Positions 1 through 10,135 of a DNA stretch of 64,000 bases are shown one piece after another. Source of the stretch: Hormiphora californensis. Taxonomy: Eukaryota; Animalia; Ctenophora. The first letter of the stretch is position 1; every line of letters starts with the position of its first letter. The stretch is taken from assembly GCA_020137815.1 (NCBI GenBank), contig CM035351.1, positions 4,278,001 through 4,342,000 of the forward strand, given 5' to 3'. The position numbers and the translations under genes were made by a program. The notes beneath the pieces were generated by a model, which saw nothing but the letters and a program-made list of their open reading frames with translations, was not told the DNA's origin and searched no databases.

Positions 1-3000
1 TACACCTCTGTAATTCTGATTCTCCTTCTAACAGCGGCCACGACAATCACTGGGGGTCTAACTGGTAATTATTTAGCATCCGAATTCCGGGGGTCGCCAC
101 CGGTCGACATTTTAGTCTTTAGAGAAGGGAGATTTGGGGATATCTGGGAATAAGTGAGACCCGAGTCTCACTGATAAGTTCCCAGAAGTCTCTCCCTCTG
201 AATAAATTATAATTTCACTGTCCCCCACATAGCGGTGATCTACACAGACACACTACAGACGGTTATCATGCTAAGTGGGGCTGCATTTGTTGCCGCCAAA
301 AGCTACATGGAAATCGGGGGATGGCAAGGTACAGTTGCACCAATAATCGACTACTTTTTACACTTTTCAAGTTGTCTCTGAGCTATCCAATGTTTACAAT
401 TGTTACCATGTCCTTCTTCAATTCTCTTTGATTGAAAGCTATGATAATGGTCGGTTACAGAAAATTGTCTGGTAGGTCTGTTGACAAGTTACCGTTCCGC
501 AATACCAAAGGATACCTATCCTAACACAACGTGTGGTTACCCTCGAGATGATGCTTTTGTCATGTTGAGAGACCCTGTCACTGGAGATATCCCCTGGCCT
601 GGCTTCATTTTCGGACAGGTAACCAAATATGGGCTGGTAACATTACTAAATATGGTCAGGTAACTTGATTTATTACCAATTACTTATGGGCTGGTTATTA
701 TACTAACTCTCCCACAGTTCCCATCCAGCATGTGGTACTGGTGTGCTGACCAGATTATGGTCCAGCGGGTCCTGGCGGCCAAGTCCCTTACTCACGCCCA
801 GAGCGCACTCGTCCTAGCTGGTGGGTACCAAAAAAGATTCGCAGTTCAGTATCATTACATCAGAACTCAATAGGGCACCAAATAGTACCGAGAGTGCTAG
901 ATCGTGGGGTCACGGTTTGGTGTCCTTATATGATCACTTTGTCACGTGATCCCCATATTTGGATATGTATCACTTCGTACTATTTTTCAGGTTATCTGAA
1001 GTTGTTGCCCCTGTTTCTGATGGTGGTACCAGGTATGATTGCACGGGCCCTTCACCCCGATACAATTGGATGTGCTACCGAGGAAACCTGCCTTGCATTC
1101 TGTGGAAACAAGGTAATGCAGTGTTCACATTATATTACCATGGTAACAAGGTGATTCAGGGTTCACACTACCCAGTTACCATGCCCCATGGTAACATGGT
1201 TGTAATTTTTCCAGTTACCATGGTAACGTGGGGGTCATGTGACCCACCTAATCACGAACTACCGTGAGAGAGAAGGGTTTGATTTCCACCCTTGATTCTT
1301 GAAGGGTGATCAGGAGAGAGGGCGGTATGTGATTAGTAGATTGGGGTCCGGTATCATGAGGAAGCATCCCTGGAATCCACCCAACATTCCCCAAATATAT
1401 CCGGGGTATAAAATATCACCGGGCGGACCGGGAAAAATACTGCAAATCAATGATGCTACTGTTGTTTCTATTACCCTGCTTTGTGGACAGCTCCTACACA
1501 GCCAGAACTCTAGTTGATGACCTATCTCGGTGGAGGGAACCATCACCACCACACCTCTCACCAGTCCTCTCCTCCACATACCTATCCAGCAGATCTCTCC
1601 TCCTTCCCTTCTCCTCATCATCTCTCAGTAACGTGACTGTGACATCCCAAGGGTTCCTCTACCTAGGACCATACGAGGAGAATCCCCACAGAGAAGGAGT
1701 GGTCCTGATAGCACCACTCATGGCGAACTATGTTCCCAACCCCAAGTACCCACAACAGATCTTCCTGGAGACGACAGAGACGGCATTGTACGTGACCTGG
1801 CGGGGGATGACTCTCCCCACCCTCTCTCCCATACTATCCTTCACTTTCCAGGCTCAGCTTCATTCTGATGGAAGTGTTGTCCTACTCTACAAACAGATCC
1901 CTGTGGGGTTGGAGGAACTGAGGACTGATGACCACCCTATACCAGTCATGTGTGGCGTTTCCTTGGTTACAAGAGGGGGAGAGATATTCAACTTTAAACC
2001 AGATAAATCAGAGATCCTGAGTGGAGTGACCATCTTAGGTAACTGAAGAAACACCCTTTACAGCCCAGCCAACTCCAACAACAGAGTCCTCACGAGGAGG
2101 AAGAACTGCCTGAAGAGGGGAGACTTTCTGGGGAAGATGAACTGAAGATCAAGGAGGATGAGAGGAAGAAGATTCTAGTGATGATGCTGTCTGTTGTGTG
2201 TTGTGCTCTATTTCTATTGGTCATTCTTGCTGGTCTCACCCTCAAGTTTGCAGGCCGTAATGAGTCACCACTAGAGAAGGGGGAGATGAAAGTCTGATGT
2301 GGATATTGTTTGAATTGGATCTAGAAAGAAAAAAGGGCCTGAAGATGATTGAATCTGTTATTTCGATTGATAATTGTATTGGTATTATAATTGAGAAAAG
2401 GGATTGCTTTATTTTGTTGACTTCAACAAACTGCATACATTTCACCCGTATCGCCACTCTCCCAACACAGCCCTTATCAGTTATCCCCTAAAACAGACCC
2501 TCTTCTCCCCTACAGGCTGGGTGTACCAATGTTGCCTACCCAGAGCTAGTCCTGACCCTGATGCCAGTAGGAATGAAGGGAATCATGATAGCTGTTATGT
2601 TGGCTGCTTTAATGTCCGATCTCACATCCATCTTCAACTCCGCCAGTAAGTGCAATGACGTCACATCCATCTCCGCGAGTAAGTGCACGTTAGTGACGTC
2701 ACACGTGTGTTATAGTCGTGTCCCACCACAATAGTCAGCTAGCTCACGAGCGACATTTGAGGGGGATGGACTATGGTACCAACTACCAATACATCCCAAA
2801 AGGTACCCTATTCACTATCGATGTCTGGCCATTGTACAGGAAGGAGGCTGGAACTAGGGAGCTTCTCCTGGTAGGACGGGGATTTGTTCTCGTCATGACT
2901 CTCGTGTCGATACTGTGGATCCCACTTATCCAGGTAAACTGAGATCTAGTGACATAACTGAAGGTGTTACTAAGGTGTTATTAGGGTGTTACTAAAGTGT

Positions 3001-4045
3001 CACTAAGGTGTCACTAAGGTGTTACTAAGGTGTCACCTTGCTATCACCAGTAATCTCTACAGGTACTACAAGGAGCCCAGTTGTTTATCTACATTCAGGC
3101 AGTGTCATCCTACCTTGCCCCTCCCATCGCTGCCGTCTACCTCCTAGCAGTCATTTGGTAGGTGTTCCTTTCTATGTGTTTACTGTGTAGTGTGTAGTGT
3201 GTACTGCAATGTACTACAATGTACTGATCAATACATTATAGAGTGTTTAACCAGTGTTGTATTTTTTTAGTACGTGGATTAACGAGAAAGGAGCCTTCTT
3301 TGGATTATGTGCTGGTACTAGTTTGGGTATTATCCGGATGATTCTGGACTTTTCTTACACTACACCTCGCTGTGGATTGGTAACAAGATCTCCCTGAAAA
3401 CTTAGATATAGTTTTTAGACAACTCCCAATTATTGAGAACATCTTAATTCAGGCATAATTATTTTGTAGAAAACCCCAATTATTATCTTTATAATTCCCC
3501 CCACCAGGAGGATACGAGGCCGGGTATAGTGACTCTCCACTACATGTACTATGCCATTATATTATTCTGGACTACCATTATTGTCACATGTCTTGTGAGT
3601 TACTTCACAGAGAGACCCCTCCCTGAACACCTAGATCAAACTACCATCTGGACCAAGTTAGTTCTTTTTAAATATTACTATAGAGCACCAAGCTAGACGC
3701 CCAGCCTTTCAGCTGATCTTATTACACACTGGCATAGTCAACAATTGATCTCTTTTCAGGACGGTATTAGCAGAAAAACCACCCGCCCAAAAGGAGCCAG
3801 AACCCAAAGCCGTGGAAACACCTTCAGCCGAGGTGGTAGTTGTAGAGTTACCGTTTTATCTCAAAGCATACAATTGGGTGTGTGGGTTCGAGGGGATTGC
3901 AGATGAGGAGGAGGGTAAGATCAACTTCTCCGGGATGTATCAAAGTAGGGAGATGCGGTGGATAACCCGGGTTAACTCTGCTACTATCTTCCTGTCTGGT
4001 GTGGTCATGTATATTTTGTTCTCGTCTGGCAAGGACCTACCTTAG
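1..4045 (+). CDS. SLC5/SSS sodium:solute (glucose/myo-inositol-type) cotransporter, 5' end outside window; exons approx <1-64, 233-328, 476-618, 718-820, 991-1112, 2516-2645, 2803-2933, 3063-3157, 3271-3379, 3508-3656, 3760-4045
   Basis: Spliced translation gives SGLT-family motifs [115 protein letters not shown] and LHYMY; GT-AG junctions keep the frame. Confidence 0.93.
1450..2297 (+). CDS. Plexin-domain-containing (PLXDC1/2, TEM7-like) type I membrane protein, intronless, nested in the SLC5 intron 1113-2515; 1-nt frameshift at about 2041
   Basis: Signal peptide [14 protein letters not shown]; motifs [20 protein letters not shown] and [22 protein letters not shown] match the PLXDC ectodomain. 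After GGT AA CTG the shifted frame continues through an acidic stalk and a TM helix ([24 protein letters not shown]) to TGA at 2295-2297. Confidence 0.8.
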
Positions 4046-4192
4046 TCTGGCAAGGACCTACCTTAGTCTGGCAAGGACCTACCTTAGTCTGGCAAGGACC
4101 TACCTTAGTCTGGCAAGGACCTACCTTAGTCTGGCAAGGACCTACCTTAGTCTGGCAAGGACCTACCTTAGTCTGGCAAGGACCTACCTTAG
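4025..4192. repeat. Perfect 21-bp tandem repeat x8 (TCTGGCAAGGACCTACCTTAG)
   Basis: Eight identical units counted. The unit contains the SLC5 stop codon (+) and the PIG-U donor AAG|GTAGGT (-). Confidence 0.97.
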
Positions 4193-4780
4193 TCACCGAG
4201 AGGACGATTGAATAGGGATTGAATAGGAAGACCATCATGCTATAGTATCCCGAGTTGGGTTGAAGTGTCAGCTTTATTGACTGGAATGTATCGTGACATT
4301 CTTTTGATTGCTCCTCATGGACCATCTGTTCGTGTATTTTATCTACAGCATGTTTTATCAGCTGAAAATGTGATGTGTTTAATGTTTTATCTCATCCGGA
4401 ATGCCAAAACACAAAAGCAATGAGACTTACAATGGCAGATGCGATGTCAAGAAGAATGAAAAACACATCTGAGTATGAGAATATTATCCCGTAGAGTTGT
4501 AACAACAGTGGAGCTTCATGAACAACGTCTCCAGCGTACGGGTTCAAACCAAGGTTCTGCAGAGCAAGTCCCTCTTCCACCTAAAACAACCAATTTTCAT
4601 TTGATATGTGAGTGATGGCCATTATAATCGAAATAAAAAACGCTCTCTCACGAATAAACATACCCTTTTCCATGCGGTAACCGGGGTGCTTATCTCAACT
4701 CTATCGTCCAGCCATGTTTTAGCCGCAGTTTTAGAAAGCAAAACCCTTAGAAGAGCTGCAAATCCGACCTCTAACCACAT
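4188..4780 (-). CDS. PIGU: GPI transamidase subunit PIG-U, exons 1-3 (4780-4664, 4580-4431, 4361-4188); remainder presumably left of the window
   Basis: RVEISTPVTAWKRVEEGLALQNLGLNPYAGDVVHEAPLLL and FLFNPYSIVLS match the PIG-U N-terminus; phase-0 GT-AG introns. Confidence 0.88.
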
Positions 4781-4869
4781 CCTAATGGTTAACACAGATT
4801 GAAGGTTAACAATTGTACTTCGAATAATCAACAATCAGTAATTATCTACTGAGCAGTCAGCGTGGGATC

Positions 4870-5113
4870 GGGCCGGCGTTAAAATCTGGGTGTTTGGCAA
4901 ATGCTGACAAACGGTTTATTAGGGTTAAGGTTAGCGCTAAAGTAGGGTTAGGGTTAGGGTTGGGGTTAGGCCTTGACATTTACTACCAGATAAACTTTGA
5001 ATTAGCCAAAACGGTTAAGTGGTTTCGCGGTTAGAACCATTTTAGTGAATCAACTTTTTTGAAAGCGTGCACCTGTAAACAGGTCACCAAACACCCAAAT
5101 CGTAACGGCGCCC
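4870..5113. mobile_element. MITE with about 27-bp imperfect TIRs, 8-bp TSD and an internal TTAGGG-like tract
   Basis: Left GGGCCGGCGTTAAAATCTGGGTGTTTGG versus right reverse complement GGGCGCCGTTACGATTTGGGTGTTTGG; flanks GTGGGATC and GCGGGATC. Confidence 0.75.
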
Positions 5114-5194
5114 GCGGGATCGGCATGGAATCTATATTTTGGCCTTTACACAAATGGGTCCATCAGTGGGCCCAGGCTGATTATGTTCGTCGTA

Positions 5195-5383
5195 GGGATC
5201 CCTAAAAAAGTTCAGTATTTACACAGCGTTCACACCAGTGTGCTGTGATTGGCTGAAATTTCTGACGATGGAAAATTTAAGCCAATCACAGTACAGATTT
5301 CGATTTTTTCCCCTTCCCACGCTACCGTGGGAAAACCCGTAATGGCTTAGATGGTGTAAATACTGAACTTTTTTGGGGATCCC
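5195..5383. mobile_element. MITE with about 30-bp TIRs flanked by TA
   Basis: GGGATCCCTAAAAAAGTTCAGTATTTACAC ... GTGTAAATACTGAACTTTTTTGGGGATCCC, TA on both sides; internal inverted repeat CTGTGATTGGCT...AGCCAATCACAG. Confidence 0.85.
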
Positions 5384-5875
5384 TATTAATCAACGGCTTT
5401 AAGCTTAAATCAGAGTTCTGTGGAGCAGAAATAAAAAATAGCCAACAAAAATTCGAAATTCTCAAAAAATGCGGGGAAAAATGCGACTTTGAAAAGTTTT
5501 CATTAGAATTTGTAAGCGCGCCGCGCGGACGACCTAAAGTTTTTGCGCGCGCGTTTTATTTGCGCGCTCAATTAGAGCGCTGGCAAGGAGTCTTTTTAGT
5601 TTTACTACGCAGAAAGAAACACAGATATTTTTACAATTAAACTGGTTCTGGTGCACTAAACGTACGAAATTTTACGTTTCAACTTGAAACTAGACTGTGT
5701 CAATTCTCAGCTTTTACTTATCGTGCAGCTCAGTTTGACTATGACGATGAAGTGTCCAATTCTACATAGATAAATATTTTTATGAAAAACTAAAAAGTAT
5801 AAAAAACATAAGAAAATTAAAATACACGGCGGAACTTCCACATTCCACAGTAATGGAAGGGGTCCCGGGTCGGTA

Positions 5876-5941
5876 CTGTCTGGCGGCGCCAGACCCCAAT
5901 TTGATTGACAGTGCGCTCAGATGGGTCGCGGCGCCAGACAG
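5876..5941. mobile_element. 66-bp mini-MITE (CTGTCTGG...CCAGACAG), copy 1
   Basis: TIRs and a perfect 8-bp TSD GGTCGGTA (5868-5875, 5942-5949); second copy at 22238-22300. Confidence 0.88.
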
Positions 5942-5949
5942 GGTCGGTA

Positions 5950-7114
5950 CGAGTTCAATAGAACCGGCTGGGATGGCGGTTAGGTTGATGTTGCCAATAT
6001 GGTGGTGGGCCCCGTGGGGGCGGGAATATAAATCGGCAGGGAGGTAGTCTTGGTGGTCGCTGTAGAATTCTGGAATGGATGCAGATGGGTGATCAAATTT
6101 ATAACCACATGTTCATGTTATGGCACTATCAGTTCAAAATGTTAACCCCAATTATGTCATTGTCAAATCACAAGTTAACCCCAATGTGAAGTCTCACCTG
6201 GGTGGTGGCGGTGGCGGAGCTGCTGCATACATGTACATGGAATATATGTTGTGAGGATCCTTGGTAGTTAGTTCAGCAACCACCCTAACTGGGGCTCTCT
6301 GTCTTCGGGCTCGTCGGAATATCATCCTTATCCCAGTGCTATCAATAATACTACCCTGTACAGGGGGGTCAGGCTACCATGAACACTGGAAATATTCGGG
6401 ATATTGTGAGTATTTCAGTTTAGGCTAAAAACTGAAAACTGAACTATTCTCACCCTGTCCAGAAGGTCAGCTACTTGTTTCCTCCCGTAGTCATTGTGTG
6501 GAAAGTCCACAAACCCATAGCCGTGAGAGAATCCCTGGTCATTCCGCACTATCCGTATATCAACTGGGCCGGGGAGAGATAGGAGGATAGATATTGTTTG
6601 TAGGAACTGGAAAGTGGGAAATTCCCACTGGGTGGGAGTGAATGGGAGTTAGTTTGGCAATCATGGTAGTGAGGTGGTATAGGGATGATTTGATAGGGCT
6701 GTCAACAGTATAATCACCACGAGTGAGAAGACTACATTTTGACACTGATTATTTGGCAGTCTAAAACCCGGTGTATCCGGCCGCTCTAAAATGACCCTGG
6801 TTTATCTAGTTCTATACCCCTGCTCCCTCCCAAAACGTGCCCTCCCCTCCAATCCGGAGCCCCGGTGTAGTCTGTAGAACCTCTCCCCCTGACCGGTGTG
6901 TAGCGCTATCCCCACTTGCACCGTGCCCCCCCCCCCCCCTAATGTGTAGCGGTGTCTGTGCAGACCCCCCCCCCTAGGAACCCCCTGCCCCAGTATTGAT
7001 ACCAGGAGTGTAGCGGTGTCTATGTAGAAACTCCACCACGTCCTCCTCAGTGGTACTGTGCTTCAGATTCCCCACAAACGTCCTGAACTCGTACTGATCC
7101 ATAACCCGGTACAT
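5950..7114 (-). CDS. Boule/DAZ-like single-RRM protein, copy A (exons 7114-7003, 6563-6454, 6355-6198, last exon from about 6070; 3' end uncertain)
   Basis: RNP2 RTFVGNLKHSTTEEDV; RNP1 IRIVRNDQGFSHGYGFVDF; followed by MIFRRARRQ and a Pro/Tyr-rich tail. Confidence 0.72.
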
Positions 7115-7582
7115 ACAGCTGCTATAATTGAGGGAGGCATGGGATAGCAAAAGCTGAGAGCAATTGACTCAGGGGTGCTTTGGCAGGGTGTGCTCAAGTG
7201 ATGGGGGAGCAGCAGTGAGATAGAGGCTTCACACAAGGGAAGAAGTAATAAAACTCTCGGATAAAGGCTTTTAGAAATTAAAATTGAAGCTGAAAATCTG
7301 ATACAGACAGCTTTTTGTTGATTTGATGAAATAACTACGTCTATCGGTTACAATTATTAGGCTGTCACAAACTCACTATAAATGAATAAAAAACTGTCAG
7401 TAAAAAACCTGCACCTAAAAATGATAACACACTCACTATAAATGAATTAAAAATCCTGTCAGTAAAAAAGGCACCTAAAATGAGCTTTGAATCTCTTCAG
7501 TAGTACTGCAATGTCAGTTCATAATTAATCCATATAGCCAATATACTACTAGCCCTAATATATAATGATAGTCCAATATCGC

Positions 7583-9635
7583 TCACTGTTGTGCCCAATA
7601 AGGGTCACTACCGGCAGGAGGGGTATAATACCCAACAGGGACAGGTATCATCATGACGGGGCCGCTCATTGGGTTGCTAAGACCACCACACATGGACTGG
7701 GAAGGAGGACCGTAGCACTGGGCGGGGTACTGGGGGTTACTCATCATCATGGCGGGGTGATGATACAACTGAGGGGGTGGAGGGTGGAAGGGTTGCTGCT
7801 GTAGTTGGGCTGGTGGGGGTGGGGGAGGACAGGAGAACAGGAAACTTGAGGGATAACCGGCATAGCTCCAGGGTACCTGATAGGGGGAGGGGGTGTTAGA
7901 AATGGGATGATTTGGGTGAGGAGGGGGAGGGGTCTTAGTGAAATGAGGGTAACGAGAAATGCTAGCTGGGACTAACACCGACCCTGAATATCCTTGTCAT
8001 AAGTACACTGTACACCGCGGCCTCACGGAAGAGGAGGGTCTCATGAGACAAGAATATCCCTAATCTCTATAACATACCTCTTTGAAGGGTCTCTCCACTT
8101 GTTCACAGTGCCCATACAGCTGGCCTGGAACTGGAGTAGGCTGGCCAGGTAAATGGCGGAGTGGGGAGGTATGTTGGTGGTGGCGGAGGGGAGGAGGTTG
8201 CTGTTCCGGATATATCGGTGGCGGGTTGCTAGGATGTTGTTGGTGGTTGTCATGGTGACCAGAGAACTGTTTGTGGTTGTCATGGTGACCAGAGAATGGT
8301 GATGAAGTCATCTGGGGAGAAGGGTGCTGCTCCTCATCATAGTGGTCAGGGTATGAATCCAGGACATCTGCTGTTGACATAACCCGTTCAGTTCCGACAA
8401 TAAACAACTGGAGGGAGGGGTGTGTCAAAACAAACAAAGAAACAAAGAAACAAAGAAACAAAGAAACAAAGAAACAAACAAACAAACAAAGAAACAAACA
8501 AACAAAGAAACAAACTAACAAACAAACAAACAACATACCTCGTCTGATGGTTTCCTACACGCAGGTTTGAAAGTTAGGAACCCTCGGCAGCTGGACATTC
8601 TCCGTCTCCTTATCAGTCTCTCAGCCTCCCTCTCTCCCTCGCTATCACAGGGCATGTCCACGAAACCGAATCCCTTGCTGGCGCCCCGGTTGGTTCTGAT
8701 GATCTTGGCGTCAATTGGGTGGTAGCCTCCCTGCCACAGACACCGCAGTATGTCCTCCTCAGTTGTCTAGAGGGAGGGAGGGAGGGTTAGTGGTGCTAGC
8801 TGGGGAGGGTGGGAGGTAGTGGGGCTAGCTGGGGAGGGTGGGGGTTAGTGGGGCTAGCTGGGGAGGGTGGGAGGGTTAGTGGGTGTTAATGGGGTGTTAG
8901 TGGGGCTAGCTGGGGAGGGTGGGGGTTAGTGGGGCTAGCTGGAGAGGTTGGGTGTTAGTGGGGCTAGCTGGGGAGGGTGGGGGTTAGTGGGGCTAGCTGG
9001 GGAGGGAGGGAGGGTTAGTGGGAGGTAGTGGGGCTAGCTGGAGAGGTTGGGGGTTAGTGGGGCTAGCTGGGGAGGGTGGGTGTTAGTGGGGCTAGCTGGG
9101 GAGGGTGGGTGTTAGTGGGGCTAGCTGGGGAGGGTGGGTGTTAGTGGGGCTAGCTGGGGAGGGTGGGTGTTAGTGGGGCTAGCTGGGGAGGGTGGGTGTT
9201 AGTGTGTTAATGGGGGGGTTAGTGAGGCTAGCTGGGGAGGGTGGGTGTTAGTGGGGCTAGCTGGGGAGGGTGGGTGTTAGTGGGGCTAGCTGGGGAGGGT
9301 GGGTGTTAGTGTGTTAATGGGGGTTTAGTGGGGCTAGCTGGGGAGGGAGGGAGGGTTAGTGGGGCTAGCTGGGGAGGGAAAGAGGGAGAGAGGGTTAGCA
9401 GGGAGGGTTAGCTGGCTGCTGGAGGCTCAAAGGGTGGTTGGGGGAGGAAGTAGGGACAGCGGGGTAGTATGAGAGAAAGGTGGTTGGAAACTGAGGTGAC
9501 TATAGGGGATAACTTACATCGGGGAGAAGATTTCCAACGAAGACTCGATCCTTGTAGCGGATACCTCTGCGGCACAGCTCATCAGTACCAGGGGGAATCA
9601 GGGGACGAGGCAGGAAGGAAGTCTGTTGATGTCAT
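7583..9635 (-). CDS. Boule/DAZ-like single-RRM protein, copy B (exons 9635-9518 with probable C-run indel, 8766-8539, 8407-8078, possible small exon near 8020-7980, 7876-7583)
   Basis: DRVFVGNLLPDTTEEDI, AKIIRTNRGASKGFGFVDM, LTFKPACRK (compare Boule LNIGPAIRK); His/Pro/Gln/Tyr-rich C-terminus. Confidence 0.75.
8772..9410. repeat. About 29-31-bp G-rich intronic minisatellite (GTTAGTGGGGCTAGCTGGGGAGGGTGGGT)
   Basis: About 20 degenerate copies; the minus-strand unit reads CTAAC, pyrimidine tract, CCAG/CTAG. Confidence 0.93.
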
Positions 9636-9654
9636 AATACTAGATCTGCTAAAT

Positions 9655-9809
9655 AGAGAGGGTGTGTTAGAGAGGGTGTGTTAGAGAGGGTGTGTTAGAG
9701 AGGGTGTGTTAGAGAGGGTGTGTTAGAGAGGGTGTGTTAGAGAGGGTGTGTTAGAGAGGGTGTGTTAGAGAGGGTGTGTTAGAGAGGGTGTGTTAGAGAG
9801 GGTGTGTTA
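9655..9809. repeat. 14-bp tandem repeat (AGAGAGGGTGTGTT) x about 11
   Basis: Direct inspection. Confidence 0.95.
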
Positions 9810-9969
9810 CAGTCGGGCGGGGGGGGGGGCGTACACAATCTATTGATACACGATAATCTGGATAAAACTGGTAAAACAGATTTACAAATTACCTCGAAAT
9901 ACCTGAGACTCTAAAATCTAAAAACACAGAATGACTCTCTCCCTCGCTCAATTAAAGTTCGATCTGATA

Positions 9970-10108
9970 GTCTCTCAATAGAGAGTCTCTATAATAATAG
10001 TATGTCTCTCAATAGAGAGTCTCTATAATAATAGTCATGTCTCTCAATAGAGAGTCTCTATAATTATTAATTATAGTATGTCTCTCAATAGAGTCTCTAT
10101 AATAGTAT
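9970..10108. repeat. Degenerate tandem repeat (TCTCTCAATAGAGAGTCTCTATAATAATAG) x4
   Basis: Direct inspection. Confidence 0.85.
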
Positions 10109-10135
10109 GCCTCTCTCTCTCTCTCTCTCAATCAC

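Noticed and set aside
4918-4970. Telomere or chromosome fusion site
   Set aside because: Short, degenerate and enclosed by MITE TIRs.
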